Source: Eledone cirrhosa | Taxonomy: Eukaryota | Assembly (NCBI GenBank): GCA_964016885.1 | Contig: OZ024754.1 | Coordinates: forward strand, 16,244,001-16,308,000 | Direction of reading: 5' to 3' | DNA length: 64,000 bases | In this document: piece after piece, positions 63,765 through 64,000 of the stretch | How the letters are laid out: each line of letters starts with the position of its first letter | How positions within the stretch are numbered: position 1 is the first letter of the stretch | The notes under the pieces: model-generated | Databases searched by the model: none | What the model was told of the DNA's origin: nothing | Seen by the model: only the letters and a program-made list of their open reading frames with translations | Program-made: the position numbers and the translations under genes

Positions 63765-64000
63765 AGTTTCTTTTATTTGCCACTAGGGCATCAAAAATGG
63801 GACAAGTACAAAGGGGGGAGTTTACACAAAAAGGCGTCCTCAATAAGGAGGAGGCAATAACAAAATATAAAAATAAAATAAGATATAACAAAAAATAAAA
63901 TTTTTAACAAAATCCTCAATAGAGAGGAGGCGCCTTGGGGGGTCGCACACACCCCCGAAAAAAGTGTGCAACCCTTTTCCTCAGGAGCACAGAGAGGGGG
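63765..64000 (-). mobile_element. Tx1-type LINE copy D, 3' UTR only (runs off the window)
   Basis: Similar to the copy A 3' UTR (ggcatcaaaaa...ggcgtcctcaataaggagga...ctcaggagcacagagaggggg); abuts (GATA)n. Confidence 0.85.

Overview
Eukaryotic, AT-rich, repeat-dense animal DNA. The SINE and simple-repeat landscape resembles octopus/cephalopod genomes (from recall, not verified). Two spliced genes sit head-to-head around a CpG-retaining promoter at ~36.1-36.8 kb. UVRAG is on the minus strand (first three coding exons at 36055-35999, 10921-10801 and 2354-2320, continuing off the left edge). LAMTOR4 is complete on the plus strand (95 aa; 39704-39781, 40017-40131, 41853-41947). The rest is intronic or intergenic: four copies of a Tx1/L1-type LINE all inserted at GATA-type sequence, a near-intact RTE LINE with a PHD-like finger, a deleted DD37D/maT transposon, TTAA (piggyBac-type), hAT and mariner-type MITEs, many tRNA-derived SINEs, and several large minisatellites (51, 28, 48, 46/47 and 27 bp), most traceable to retroelement sequence in this same window. 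Most long ORFs in the ORF track are repeat artefacts.
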